A DNA stretch of 64,000 bases from Okamejei kenojei (taxonomy: Eukaryota). Positions 37,483 to 51,455 of this stretch are shown one piece after another; positions within the stretch are counted from its first letter, which is position 1, and each line of letters starts with the position of its first letter. Below the pieces are notes generated by a model. It saw nothing but the letters and a program-made list of their open reading frames with translations. It did not search any database and was not told where the DNA came from. The translations under genes and the position numbers were made by a program. The stretch spans positions 48,794,001-48,858,000 of the forward strand of contig CM069140.1 of the NCBI GenBank assembly GCA_035221665.1. Reading direction: 5' to 3'.

Positions 37483-39409
37483 GTTTAGAAGGATCTCTAG
37501 GCTAAATGCTGGAAAATCACACCAGATTGGCCTGGACAAGTTGGACTGAAGAGTCTATTTCCTTGCTTTAAAAATATTTCTATTTGTCCTCTAAATAAAA
37601 CATTGTATACAAAATTAAAAAAAAATAATGTGCAGGAATATGCAACTCCTATGAAAATAACAGATTTACTGTAATGTTCCTTGTAGTGGAGAAAAGATTT
37701 AATACAGCAGTAGAGAAGGACGGACACTTCTGCCTTCCCAGCAGGTACCAGCCTTCTCAACAGGGCTAAATAAGCAAATTCAAAAGCACCAAAGGAAAAT
37801 CTTGTGGATGCTGGAAATCTGACATGAAAACAGAAATTGTTAGTATGTTCATTATCTGAAATAATTGAACAAAGTGTTGCTTCTGGAAGGCTATAAAATT
37901 CTTGGTTGGAAGATGAGGTGCTATGTTTTTTGAGATACAAACAGAATGCTGGAAATACTCAGCAAGTCAAGCAAAATCTGTGCAGGAAGGAAACAGAGTT
38001 GATGTTTTGGATTATTGGCCTTTTATCAAGATTGGTTAATTTCATGCACTGAAGGGCACAACATTGTTGCCGCTGGACATCTCCTGTGATCTGAACACAC
38101 ATGACCTTGACTGCTGTCAATGTGGAGTTTGTATGTTCTCCTTTGAATACATGGATGTAGGAAATATGATGCAAGTCCATCAATCTGAAGTGTTAACTGT
38201 TTAACTACCAGCCCCACTGAAGATTTCCAGCATACCTCATATCAGGTATTTAGCACCTAGAGATGTTTTTTGCTTTTCATTTGCTATTCGCTGGGCTTGG
38301 GTTCTGTTTCATTTGAAAAAGAGATTAAAAGGACAGAATCATGCATGGAATTGGAAGAGAGAATTAACGTGAAGGTTTAATGGTACAGAATGAAATGAGG
38401 GGCTTTGTTGCTTCGTATAGTAATCATCCAAATTGTGTTGCGTCGCCATTAGAAGGAGCTGCATTGTGAGCAGCGAATGTTATGCGCTACATTGAATGCT
38501 GTAGAAATAAATTGTCCGTGCATCTGCAAAGAGCAACTGCAGAGTGTGGAAAAGAAGAAAAAAGTTGCAGAGGAACGTCCAGTGGGAAGTGGTGTGGGAT
38601 TTGATGGAGATAGATCAGTGAGGCAGAGTGTTCTGAAAGAAACTGTCCCTTCATAATGTAGGAAGGGCATATTTGACAGTGGCACTTTAAGAACAATATA
38701 AGTGAATAATTGGTTGAATGTGGACTGGAACTTCTGGATTAAGAAAATTCTTCTCAACATGCCATTAAATACCACAGTGTACGTGGTTCCAGATTATCAA
38801 AGCTTCTATGCTTTGATGATCTGGAAGGAAAATTACAGGTTTTGTGAGCCAGCTGGAAGTATTGGATTGACCTTCACGATGGATTTTCTAAATTTTGTGT
38901 AACACAATTCAACAATTTGCTATATCATAGAATTTCTAAAATGTTGCAAAAACAGGATCAAAGTAGCCTTCAAAGGTGTACTGCTATTATTTATTATCTC
39001 TTTCAAACATGAATTTCAATCTCCTAACTGATAGCGATTTACTTGTTTTGGATGTTTTCCTTCAATATGTTATAACTACTTTGTGGAGTTTATGTAATTT
39101 AACTGAAAGTGATCCTCCAGCAAACCAAAGGCAATTATGAAAGGTAATAACAAAGCCGTGGTGTTATACTGAATGTATTCCGTAAGGTAATAATATCAGC
39201 CTTAAAACTAAAGTTACCAGCCCTTGATTTTAAACATGACTTCATTCCAATCAATGTTCACTGGGGTAATGTGTGCCACAGTTATGAGATGGGAAGTTAA
39301 AGCTGGACAGCAATTCTGTACAGCCATGAACAGATTAATATATTAAAGATTGTTTTTTGTGTTTTTTAAATAAATTTATAAAATGTAACATTTCACTTTT
39401 ATTTTACAG

Positions 39410-39506
39410 AGATCGAGTAAATAAGAGAAGAGTAAAGGACATTGTTAAGGAATTTACATTACTGTGCAGGGGTCTTCATGGTACAGAGTATGCAGCTGAC
39501 TACTGA
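39410..39506 (+). CDS. IPO13: Importin-13 terminal coding exon (RDRVNKRRVKDIVKEFTLLCRGLHGTEYAADY*)
   Basis: tacag acceptor, TGA stop, characteristic IPO13 C-terminus. Confidence 0.96.
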
Positions 39507-40560
39507 AACGGATTATTTATGTTGAAGTGTCACTCCTTATTAGCATGCTTCCTGCATCTTCAACACATGTTTGCACCATTTTCTTCTGTAAAAATACATT
39601 TGTGTGAAAGACATTTTTCTTAAAGTATCAAATGGGCTTGTGTCTGCACAGATTTGAGAGGATAAAGGAATACGTGCTCTCGTGTGTTGCCATACTATGA
39701 GGCTTTGTTTTTTTAAATGACTTCCTGTCATAGGATTGGGTCATTTAATAGAGGGAAATGTATCAGGGAATTTACGGCATAAGCTGCCTGTCCCCCCTGA
39801 CTTGTAAGTAATTTGTGTACATGTTTTGTGTCGTAATTAAAGCTTTATGGAAGCAATGTAACTTGCTGCTGGAGTCCTGTGATTTTTGGCACTTTGTAAA
39901 CATAACAATATCTTGTTGAGGGAGTTAATCCCAGATGATTCAACTGTGGAATATTACTGGTGATGCTGCTACAATGTCTGAAACCATTTTAAACAAATTT
40001 AGAATTTTAGTTTATTTTTTCATTTTAATTTAATTACTGATGTGATGATGTGGATTCCTGTTGTAATGTAAAAGTTGAGGATGTTGCAACAGTCCGAGAT
40101 CTTAAAATATTGTTTGTTACTGTAACAATGGCTATTTGAGTTTCAAAGCTTTGTTAATTTAAAGGAAAATGAGAAATTTACCAGAGCCTTCAGTCATCCA
40201 TTCTAACCACAGAAAACAAATGACTCAACCTAGGTAAAGGACCTGACTAATCGCACACTAGGGATAATTAAAGCAATGAACTGACAAAAAGCAGCAAGCT
40301 CTGAAAGCTTTGTTACAGCCCTATTTCATTTTGCATCTTTTAAACTTTTTGTAATATACATGCTCTGTGCTGCATTCTGTCAACAAAGATATCACTTAAT
40401 GTAACTCCAAGTTGTACTTGTGTTCTTGTAACTTATTTACTTGTTCTAGAGTTTCTGGGAATTCCATAAATATGGTATATATTCTAGTCTAGAACTAATA
40501 GAAATCCCACTTGTAAAATCTTGAGAAATGACACTGCAGCCAATTCGTTTTCTATTGTGA

Positions 40561-40566
40561 AATAAA
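40561..40566 (+). terminator. Candidate IPO13 polyadenylation signal AATAAA (alternative at 40734-40739)
   Basis: AATAAA about 1.05 kb after the stop, followed by a GT/T-rich tract. Confidence 0.5.
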
Positions 40567-42431
40567 GCTTCACTTATAAATGTGACTTTTTTTCCTCCCC
40601 AAATCTTTTTAAACATCTATTGTGGTTCACGAGAAAAGACTGAAATATACATCTAATCCATAACATTTTCACCATTTGAATTGTAAAGAGAATATTGTAT
40701 AATATATAACTATATGCAGATACCATAGTCTGTAATAAAGTATAATCAATTCTGAGTTGAGATGCTTTGACTTAAAGTTCAATTGGATGGAACAATGTTT
40801 GTTTATAAAAAACTTTAAGTATAATTATGAAAGAACTTGCATTAGTAGAATGTCTTGCATGAGATCAGAATAGTCCAAAACATTTAACAACGAACAATGG
40901 TTTGGTGAGTGGTTTGGGTGGTATTGAAATTTACTTTGCGAATGACTAGAATGAGAATGGAAAATTACCCATTGAGATGCTTTTGATTTTGTTAGTTAAG
41001 GAATAAATATTGACCAAATCAAAAGCAACAAACCCTGGTATTTTTAAGTAACTCCATGGAATATTTTCCTTTCACATGGACTAAATGACAAGATGAGAAA
41101 TATAACAATTTTAATAGGGCTCCTAAATATTTATGAGGCGTTAATTTGATGATTTATGATTATTTTTGCTATATACTCTGCATCTCTGAGTACAATCAGT
41201 ATATTGGAGTATTTCATTATGCTAGATACTTTAGATTTCACTTCAGAAACCTGTCATGTTAATCTGGGATGGACTGATTGCTAGTGCAGATTGGATTAGT
41301 CCTTTCACTCCTGCTACATGGTTCAAATCTGCACAGTAAATATGGTCTACGACCTTTTGGATGCTGTGGCATCAGGGATGACACCGCATTTGGCAATGAC
41401 CACACTGACACTTGCAATAGGGTGAATTTGTATATATATTTTATTTACAGTGGTAAGAATGCCCAGGACCACATGGGGGCACTGTCCCTTACTGTCAGGG
41501 TGCATGTGTGGTGTTGCTGGCGATCTCAAGCTTACCCCTGCAGCTCAATCCTAGACTTTGAAGAATGAGGCATGGTGATCGGAGGGTTCTCCATACAGTT
41601 CACCCTTGCCTTGAGAGGAGGTCACAGGTTTATCCTGGCGGCTCAGCTTTGGGTTTGAAGAGGCGGCGCTGGTGATCTCTAGGTTATCCTGTGTGTGAGA
41701 GCAGTCCCTTGTTGTCTGTGGGTAGGAAGAGGCACTGGCATCTCAGGCTTGCCCTGGCCACTCAACTTCAATAGAGGGGCTGGCTGTCAAGGGGTCCTTC
41801 TTGGCAGCCCAGTCTTGATCACGCATTGGTGCTGGTGGTCTCCGGTGTGTCCCAGTGGCTCAGTCTTCCTCGAACCTGCAACAGGCAAACACAGCTAGCA
41901 GGAAGGTGCCCCACTTTCTCTTCCTCCTTTTTCCTTCCCCTTTCTCTCCTTCTCTCACCTCCCCTCTGGCTAGAATGCCTGGGTTTTACAGGGAGTAGGC
42001 CGACGAGGTTCATGCAGCCAAACCAATATCAGCTAATTGGACCCAACTGTTACCAGTGATGATTGGGAATGGCCTCTCCTGGCCTGTCAGCCAGTGATAG
42101 GGATCAGAGCGGCATCCAAGGGAGGATGGGGGGGTTGTCAAAATGCTAAGAATCCCAATTAACTGTTCATAGAATCTCCACATTTTTACTTGCTGACATA
42201 TGTTCACTTTGCAATTTAGATCTCTGTGCAGAAATGTGTTCTTCGGGATTATTTGTGTCTCTATGTTGCCATCACAGATCTGTCTGCCTCATCACCCTTG
42301 TCATCTTAGCTTAGCTTGCTCTGGGGTTTTTTGGGAGGATCATGTTTGTCCACCCTGTATGTGACCACCATATGTGTTCAGCAACACACTTGCTGTTTGC
42401 AGCTCGATGGTTTCAATTAACCCCTCAGTTA

Positions 42432-42800
42432 GTTCAGGGGTTGGACAGGCTAGATGCAGGAAGATTGTTCCCGATGTTGGGGAAGTCCAGGACAAGGGGT
42501 CACAGCTTAAGGATAAGGGGGAAATCCTTTAAGACCGAGATGAGAAAGACTTTTTTCACACAGAGTGGTGAGTCTCTGGAACTCTCTGCCACAGAGGGTA
42601 GTTGAGGCCAGTTCATTGGCTATATTTAAGAGTGAGTTGGATGTGGCCCTTGTGGCTAAGGGGATCAGAGGGTATGGAGAGAAGGCAGGTACGGGATACT
42701 GAGTTGGATGATCAGCCATGATCATATTGAATGGCGGTGCAGGCTCGAAGGGCTGAATGGCCTACTCCTGCACCTAATTTCTATGTTTCTATGTTTCTAT
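42432..42800 (+). mobile_element. Young CR1 3' fragment
   Basis: Closely matches the 3' end of the 2282-3838 copy; (ttctatgt)n tail. Confidence 0.88.
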
Positions 42801-45606
42801 AGAAGCAGTAATCATCCTATGAAGTGGGGCTGGCCACAAGACAGTGCCCTGAAGCCCTGCCTCAGAACATATTGACGGCCTTTTCGACAGGTTTCAAATG
42901 GCTGTGAAAATCAGACATTTAAAGTCAATTCAAGTAGACAAATAAAATAATTTAATTGTCTTAAACACCTTGAACTATGTGAAATTACTTAAAAAAACAT
43001 TTTAGCGTCTCTATCACAGAACAGACTGAATAAAACGTCGTTAATCAAAGCCCTGCTCACAAAACAATGTAGACTAATTTGTTGGAAGGTACCAAAAGAA
43101 GCTTTGCACAGGCGATGACTGTTAGATTTGCAAATGCCACCAGCCCGAGAATGTATTCTTACTAGTTCTCCTAAGTGATATGAAACAAACTATACCAGGT
43201 TATTATTAAATTCCTCTCTGATGAAAAGTCAATTTTCAATTGCATGAAGCTGAATAAGAGTGGTTTGTAATTGAATTTATAGACCGGTTTATTATTTTTA
43301 ATATTTCACTTTAAGAGAAAATCTGAACTAATTTAATATTACTGTATTTTTAATTAACTGTATACCACAAAAGTGATTACTATCGAGGCACATATTAATC
43401 CCCAAATAATTTGAATTATCAAAAGTGTGAAAAAAATATACTTGTATAAGTAGTGATAGTTTGTACATATTGGTATTGGTTTATTATTGTTGCTTACAGA
43501 GATATAGTAAAAACATAGTTTATGTGCAATCCAAGCAAATCAATCCATACATGAATACAATCAAGCCAAACTCAAGTAGATCAGGTAAAGAAAAATAAAG
43601 CAGAATGCAGAATATAGTGTCCAGCTACAGAGAAGTGCAGCTAAAAATGTGCAAGGGTCGTCAATATGGTAGGATCGGCGGACCAGGAAAGTTTGAAGTG
43701 AAGTGAATACTGGAGTGGAACATAAAAATGTTGAAAATATGAGAACATGTTTGGGATGATTTAAAACATTTTTTCTGTATTCAAAATATGTCTTTGCTAC
43801 TGAGACCAGCATAAAAATGTCCATCCCTAAACGTCATTGGGAAGGTAATTGCCACATTGATCTGCCAATTTATTTTGGTGAATTGAATCCCAGAATTCTT
43901 TGAGGTGAGTATTATTACTGGAACAATGATATTCCCAAATGGTACTCTCATGCATCAAATAGCCTTCAATGTAGTAGTAAAGTGGTTTGGGAATTGCTAT
44001 GATTGTTCAGTAACTTCAGTCAATTGTGTAGGGAGTGCTCACTTCAACCATTCTCTGCTGTTTATGGATGTACTACAGGAAGGCCATTGACAGGTCCCAT
44101 GTTGGAAAATGGTCCAGAATTTAGATCATATGAGATTCAAGGCAAGATGGCAAATTTGATACAAAGTTAGTTTGATAATAGAAGCAGAGGGTGAAGGCAG
44201 AGGATTATTTTGATTGGAAGCCTGTGAACTGTGGTGTACCACCAGGGATTGGTACTGGGATGAGGATTTGAATATGAATGTAGCATGATTGGTGAGTTTG
44301 CAAATGACATAAAAAATAATGGTGTTAATAGGATAGTCACAGAATGATATTGATCAGTTGGTAAGGTAGACAAAGCATGGCATATGTAGATAAGATGTTG
44401 CATGTGCGCAGGCAATTACAGAAGCACAGTGCACATTCAAAGAGATTGGGGGGAAAAACACACACAAAAGAACATTGGAGACATAAACAATGATGACTTG
44501 GGACCAATTGTTGCCAAGAAGATGACTGCAAGCTAGAGGGCCCGAGAAGACAAGTCACTGTCAGAATGAACCTGGCCAGTTCCTCTAGATTAGGAATACC
44601 TGTGTCTGAATCCATGAAATACTTTCTAAATTTAAATCAGTTTAGAAGCTAAGCCAAGTAGTGAATTGTTTGTGATGGAGGGTGGCCTGAGTTGAAAGAC
44701 AGGAGTTTGTTTCCACAAGGACTGAGCAGTTATCACCTCTACCAGTGTCGTCATTGATAGTTGCATCTTGTTTAGGTAGTCTGGCAAGGAAGTGGTCAAG
44801 TACTTTAATTCCTGTTAGTTTGTACTTGCTGTAGACTCTGTTTGGGAACTACTGTATATCCTTTAGGCTTTGGCTAACTCAGTCAGATGAAATGCTACCA
44901 AGACACATGTTGCCACAAGTGTTGAACTTCCCTCACCCGAAGTACATGACTTGCTTCTTTTAGTGCTATCATGTGTAGGTGGTCTTTTGATCCAGGTTTG
45001 ACAGGTCGCCATGAGATTTCATGGGCGTGAAGTCGATGTTGAGGGCTCCCAGGGCCACCCCCATCTGCTTGCATATCACTATGTCATTGTATCGAGTGAG
45101 GAATCTGATGGAGGAGTCTGCCATATTAACTGTAAGGTATGATTCTGAGGAACTGTCAGACAGTTGCTTGGCCTATCTATAGGTTCACTTTTCTAATTTA
45201 GACAAATCTCCAAATGTTCTGAAGAAGACGTTTCAAATTAATCTGGGCTGCGATCTGCTTTGCCTTTTTCCCCAAAGCAATGCCCAGGTGATGGTGATGC
45301 AATACATTTTATTTCTCTGTTATGATACAAAAGGCTTTGCCAGGCATTTTCTTCAGGGCTTTTTAAGAGTTGTAGTCATGTGACCAACAAGTAAATGTCC
45401 ACAAGAAGCCAGCTCTATTGTGAGCGGCCATCCATTCAAAGAAGGAAAGTAAAGCAAAACTGCTGATTCAACTAATGTCTAAATGCTAAGGATCACCTAC
45501 ATATTTGTGGTTGCTAAGTTTCTAATCAGAATACTGAAGAGTGAGCAATGGGTCAGATGTATCCTGTTTGCATAACCTTTGGATGGCTGATCTCAGAATC
45601 CTCATA

Positions 45607-47669
45607 CAGTGCCCTCCATAATGTTTGGGACAAAGACCCATCATTTATTTATTTGCCTCTGTACTCCACAATTTGAGATTTGTAATAGAAAAAAAAACGT
45701 GATTAAAGTGCACACTCAGATTTTATTAAAGGGTATATTTATACATTTTGGTTTTATTTCGGGTCGAGACCCTTCAGACTCTCTCTTCAGGTCTGAAGAA
45801 TGGTCTTGACCCGAAACGCCACCCATTCCTTCTCTCCAGAGATGCTGCCTGTTCCACTGAGTTACTGCAGCTTTTTGTTAAAATAGATTATCTGGTGTTT
45901 TGTGCGTGGGAGCTTGTTGTGTGCATTACTATGGCCGCCAATGCCCTGAGCCCTATGTCCCTGTGTCCGGGGGAGGGTGAATCACCCGGTGTGGGTGTCG
46001 GGGGGGTGTATCGCCCCGTGTGTGGGTTGGGGGGGGGGGGGTGCATCACCCTGGTGTGGGGGTCTGGTGGCAGTGCATCGTGGTCAGTGACTCTGGGTGG
46101 GCGGAGGGACCAGACTGTCCCCAACTCTGTTCCACCCGGCCCTGAGTGTGTGTGTGTGCTGCCAACCCACAGCTCGTCACAGTGCGGCTGCACGGGGAGA
46201 CGAGGCGGAGGGTGGCCGTGGGAGGGTGTCCCGAAGGATGCGCTCCTTTGGCCACTTATTTGGTTTTTCGGCAGTGTGGCCTTTTGGTGAGTTGGCGTTT
46301 CGGCATTGCGGCCTTTCAGTGAGTTGGCTTTTAGGCGTCCGCCCTTTCGGTGAGTTGGCTTTAAGGCGTCCCGCCCTTTTTTGGCTTTTATAGACGTTTT
46401 TCTGACTGTGGAGGTCTTCTTGGCTTCGTCACGCCTTTGCGGTTAGTAAGGCTTCACCAGTCTTCGCTTCCTTCTCGTCCTTCGATGCACATGGAAATTA
46501 AACAGTGTGATTTATACATAGTATTTCAGCCTAATGTTTGGGACACATGGCTTCACAGGCATTTGTAATTGCTCAGGTGTGTTTAATTGCCCTCTTAATG
46601 CAGGTACAAGAGAGCTCTCAGCACCTAGTCTTTCCCGCAGTCTTTCCATTACCTTTGGAAACTTTTACTGCTGTTTATCAACATGAGGACCAAAGTTCTG
46701 CCAATGGAAAGTGCGGGAAAGACTAGGTGCCATTATGAGAGCTGTACCTGATTAACAATTAAACACACCTGAATTACAAACAACTGTTAGAGACATCAGC
46801 CAAACCTTAGGCTTACCAAAATCAACTGTTTGGAACATCATGAAGAAGAAAGGGAGCACTGGTGAGCTTACTAATCGCAAAGGGACTGACGAGCCAAGGA
46901 AGACCTCCACAGCTGATGACAGAAAAATTCTCTCTATATTAAAGAAAAAAACCCAAACACCTGTCCGACAGATCAGAAACTTTCTTCAGGAGACGGGTGT
47001 GGATTTGTCAATGACCATTGTCCGCAGAAAACGTCATGAACAGAAATACAGAGGCTACACTGCAAGATGCAAACCACTGGTTAGCTGCAAAATAGGATGG
47101 CTGGGTTACAGCTTGCCAAGAGCACTTAAAAGAGCAACCACGGTTCTGGAAAAAGGTCTTGTGGATACATGAGATGAAGATTAACTTATATCAGAGTGAT
47201 GGCAAGTGCAAAGTATGGAGGAGAGAAGTGCGGAACCAATGTTTCTATGTCACCCAATTGAGCATGCCTTATATGTGCTGAAGAGAGCTGAAGGGCACTA
47301 GCCCCCAAAACAAGCATAAGCTAAAGATGGCTTCAATACAGGCCTGACAGAACATCACCACCAGATAAAACACCCAGCAATCACAGACTTCAAGCAGTCA
47401 CTGCATGTAAAGGGTATGCAACAAAATACTAAAAACGACTACTTTCATTTACATGACATTGCTGTGTCCCAAACATTATGGTGCCCTGAAATGGGGGACT
47501 ATGTACAAACATTGCTGTAATTTCTACATGGTAAAACCAAATGTATAAAAATGGCCTTTATTAAAATCTGACAATATGCACTTTAACCACATGTGATTTT
47601 TTTCTATTACAAATCTCAAATTGTGCAGTACAGAGGCAAATAAATAAATGATGGGTCTTTGTCCCAAAC
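45607..47669 (+). mobile_element. Tc1-family transposon (same family as 16202), long TIRs, with internal insertion
   Basis: Left TIR after TA; right TIR ~47460-47669 cut by a Penelope-derived repeat; transposase remnant ~46683-47430. Confidence 0.85.
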
Positions 47670-47894
47670 GTCAACCCAAAACGTCACCCATTCCTTCTCT
47701 CCAGAGATGCTACTTATCCTGCTGAGTTACTCCACTATTTTGTGCCTATCGTCCTTCCATTCCCTGCCTGTTCATGCATCTGATTGGATGCCTCTTAAAG
47801 TTGGCTGTCATATTTACCATAAGGCTTTGTTCTCTAGCATTTAACATTTCTATCATGGGAAAGACTGTATCTACCCTATGTATTACCACCAGGG

Positions 47895-48595
47895 GGTGAC
47901 GTACGATGGCAGCTCTGCCGGCAGTCTGTTTTTAATTTTTTTAAAAATTTTTAGTGTTTGTTAAAGTTTGTTTTAATGTTCTCCGGTTTGCTTATGTGGG
48001 GAGAGGGGGAGGGGATCGGGGGAAACTTTTTTTCAGGTTCTTACCTTGCCGGAGATGCGATTATTTTCAAATTGCATTCTCCGGGCGCTCTGCGGCCTTC
48101 CATCAATGGAGCTGGAGGCCTCCTCAGACTATCGTGACCCCCACATCGGAGCTGATCCCTTGCCTGGGTTCACTCCAACCGCGGCCTGCGGACTTACCAT
48201 CAAGAGCTCGCAGTCTCGGGAGAGGCCAAGTCGGGAGCGCCAACGTCGCGGAAGGTTCGACCAACCCCGACGCGGGGTTCGATCGTCCAGCGCAGGGGAG
48301 CTGACATCCCCCCGATGCGGGAGCTGATCACCTCGACGCGGAGAGCCAAAACGCCGCCAGCCACGGGTGTCAAGATCTTCCCGTCAATGTAGGGCTCCAG
48401 GCCCCCGACTACTGGAGAACAAAGGGAAGAGACTTGAATTTTATTTTGCCTTCCATCACAGTGAGGAATGTGTAGGAGTCACTGTGGTGGATGTTCATGT
48501 TAAAATGTGTTTTATTTGTATGACTGACTTGGCAAATGAAATTCCTCGTATGTTGCAAAACATACTTGGTAAATAAAGTAGTATTCTGATTCTGA
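47895..48595 (+). mobile_element. Non-autonomous GC-rich retroposon with (attctg)n tail
   Basis: 3' part related to 21172-21350 (inverse). Confidence 0.55.
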
Positions 48596-49739
48596 TCTAT
48601 GCCCCTCAAAATGTGATATTTTTCTGACAGGTCCCTGGCATCTCAGAGAACTTGTGGGTGGCACAGCGGTAGAGTTGCTGCCTTAAGGGCCTGTCCAACT
48701 TGGGCGTCATTTGCGCGTCACACAGATGGCGCGCAAGGATTTTGTACATCCCAAAATCCTGGGGCACCGCGCGTCACTGCCTACGTCACCACGCACCATG
48801 CGCGTGTAATGGACAACTTGGAGAACTCAAAACGTCACTTATCCATGCTCCCCAGAGATGCTGCCTGGCACGTTGAGTTACTCCAGCACTTTGTAGTTAC
48901 TTGCTTCCAGCTTTGTCCAATATTTCCTAATAACTAATGCACTCCAATCAACGCAACATTTCAGCAAATCGCTTCTGTACCCTCTCCAAGACCTTCACAT
49001 TCCTTCTTATCATATGGCAACCAGAATTGCATGCTATTCTCCAAATGTGACCTAAGTAAATATTTTTACAGCTGCAACATGACTTCCCAACCTTTATATG
49101 CAATGACTTAACCGATGAAGACAACCATTTGTATGTCTACTTTACCCCCCCTAAACCATCAGTTGCCACTTTTAGGGAGCTATTGGATTGCATCCCAGGT
49201 TGTCTCTGCACATCAATGCTCCTATGGATTTTGCCATTTACTGCACCTTTGAGACCAAATGTCACCAAGAAGAGGAGTACAACCCCAAGGCTCAGAAAAG
49301 AGGAGTCTCCCTCAGGGTGAACCTGATCGGTCCTTCTAGATCAGGTAATATCTGGGTCTGAATCCATGAGATAATCACTAAACTATTTTAAGTTTTGGAA
49401 GTATTTAAACTAATTACTAAAGAACTTTAAAGTATAGTTGAGTTGAGTCCTTCATTTGATGTGATAGTTGACAGAGGAGAAATGTCAATGGAATCAAGCT
49501 TGAGGAGCTGCATACATAGTACAGAGTTGCATATAGGCCAGAGGTAGTAAGGAGAGCAGATTTTTTTCCCTGAAGGTTATTAGTGAACCAAAGGAGTTTG
49601 AACAAAAATCTAGCAGTTTTGTATTTGCCATTGCAGAGCTTTTAAACAAATTCTCATTGTTAATAATTTAAATTCCACAGTTGCCGTTGATTTGAAGTGT
49701 GATGTATGGAATGTCAATCCAGGTGTCTGGATTATTAGT

Positions 49740-49940
49740 GTAGGAAGGAGCTGCAGATGCTGGTTTACACCGAGGATAGACACAATATGCTGGAGTAACT
49801 CAACGGGTCAGGCAGCAACTCTCGAGAAATGGAATAGGTGAAATTTCGGATCTAAAGAAGGGTTTTGACCTGAAACGTCACCTATTCCTATTCTCCAGAG
49901 ATGATGCCTGACCCGTTGAGTTACTCCAGCATTTTGTGTC
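49740..49940. mobile_element. Palindromic Penelope-derived short element
   Basis: Inverted arms; 14-bp TSD tctggattattagt (49726-49739 / 49941-49954). Confidence 0.82.
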
Positions 49941-51413
49941 TCTGGATTATTAGTCCAGTACCTTGACTGCTGAGTGTCTCTATATTTCTGTGCAGTCAGT
50001 AATTTTATATTTCCTGTCAAATTATGAAATCATCTCTCATACGTATAATAATTTGTCAAAATAATATAATTGCCGCTCACCATAAACTGACTCGGCTAAG
50101 ATCCTTCCAGTCATTTTACAGACTGTTCCTTTTTAATTAACATATGTTAGACATTTGCTATATTTAATCCGAACATTTGAAATGCAAACATATTGAAAAT
50201 GGGTCCTTTGATATTTCAGTTGTTTATCTTCTGGTTCCCAGCATGCAGCTGGTCCTCCCCTACTCCAACCACCCCACTCTACCCTCATATCCACCATTTT
50301 GTGCACCTGGACTTGCCATCTCGTTATTTATATAGTACAATTGTTAACCTGTTAATACTCAGCCAGTCTGGGGGTGGGAGGGGGGCAGTTTTCTGCATTT
50401 TCTAAAATTTGTGCACAGTGAAGTGCCAGAGGATTTGGAGCTGTTGCTATTGAGCAATTAGCCATATTTTTAGGAGATTGTACATGAAAACTGATCCACA
50501 AACGGAGTGGTGAATTAATGAGGCTAGAAATTATGGCTTTAAATGGGCATTGTGCCAGCTTTACACATATTCTCTGGAAGCAACCATTTGTCTTGGAGAA
50601 GTCACAGGCATTGTACACAATAGAACTCTCACGTCCTCAGTTTTTCGCTTTTTTGAAATAATTTTGCTTGTCTTACAGCCTTTCTATCTGATGTAATGAG
50701 AGGCAACATAAAATGTCTTAGTAATGTCTAAAATTAATTTCCAATATTAGGAATGTATTGTATTACATTTAACCTGGAGGAAAAATACTGAGCATTGGAT
50801 GTTAAGGCCTGTAATTAAACACTAAACACATTCAATTCGATCTTTCGTGATTTATGCAAAATACTGATTCTCCATATTCACATGATTTATTTTAATTGAT
50901 GAAATGCTACCAGTGTTAAGGATATAAATGTGTTTAGGACTCTATGTACAAACATTCTATTTCCATTTTTGGTAATGTGGTTAATGGCTTTTGTCCAACT
51001 TTGTTTAATATGGTTTAACTGAGTAATTAGCTTTCTAATTTTTGTAAACCTTTTATCTACTTAGTGTGGATCAATGAATTCTTTATATCAATTTTATCAG
51101 TTGAATTAAACTGTGAAATTAGCGATGATTCCTTTATTATTGAGCAGTTAATTATGTCAGCTATTAAATTGTGATGTATTGTATTGTCAAACATCACCAA
51201 AGTTGTATTTCAAAACCTTGCACATTCTAGTTAATCAATAGGCCAAAGTACTAAGGTGCAGGTTTAAATTTGTGTTTGCTATCTGTCCTATCCTCTGCCA
51301 GTCAGCGCCATATTGATTTTTGAAGCTTAAAAGTTAAGAGTTTTCTTCCTGATTTGTGTTCTTTCATAGAATTATATGTCCTATGTAGCAAAGTGCTTGG
51401 AAACTTTGTGGAG

Positions 51414-51455
51414 ATGGCGTTTTCTGCCATTTACTTTTTGGATAACAAAGGGCAG
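51414..51455 (+). CDS. AP-1 complex mu subunit-like, first coding exon (MAFSAIYFLDNKGQ)
   Basis: ATG in good Kozak context (gagATGg), gtagg donor, 42 bp; acceptor at 51369 suggests an upstream UTR exon. Confidence 0.85.

Noticed and set aside
48685-48820. Possible Harbinger-type MITE inserted in a SINE head
   Set aside because: Only one plausible terminus visible; no TSD pair to support the call
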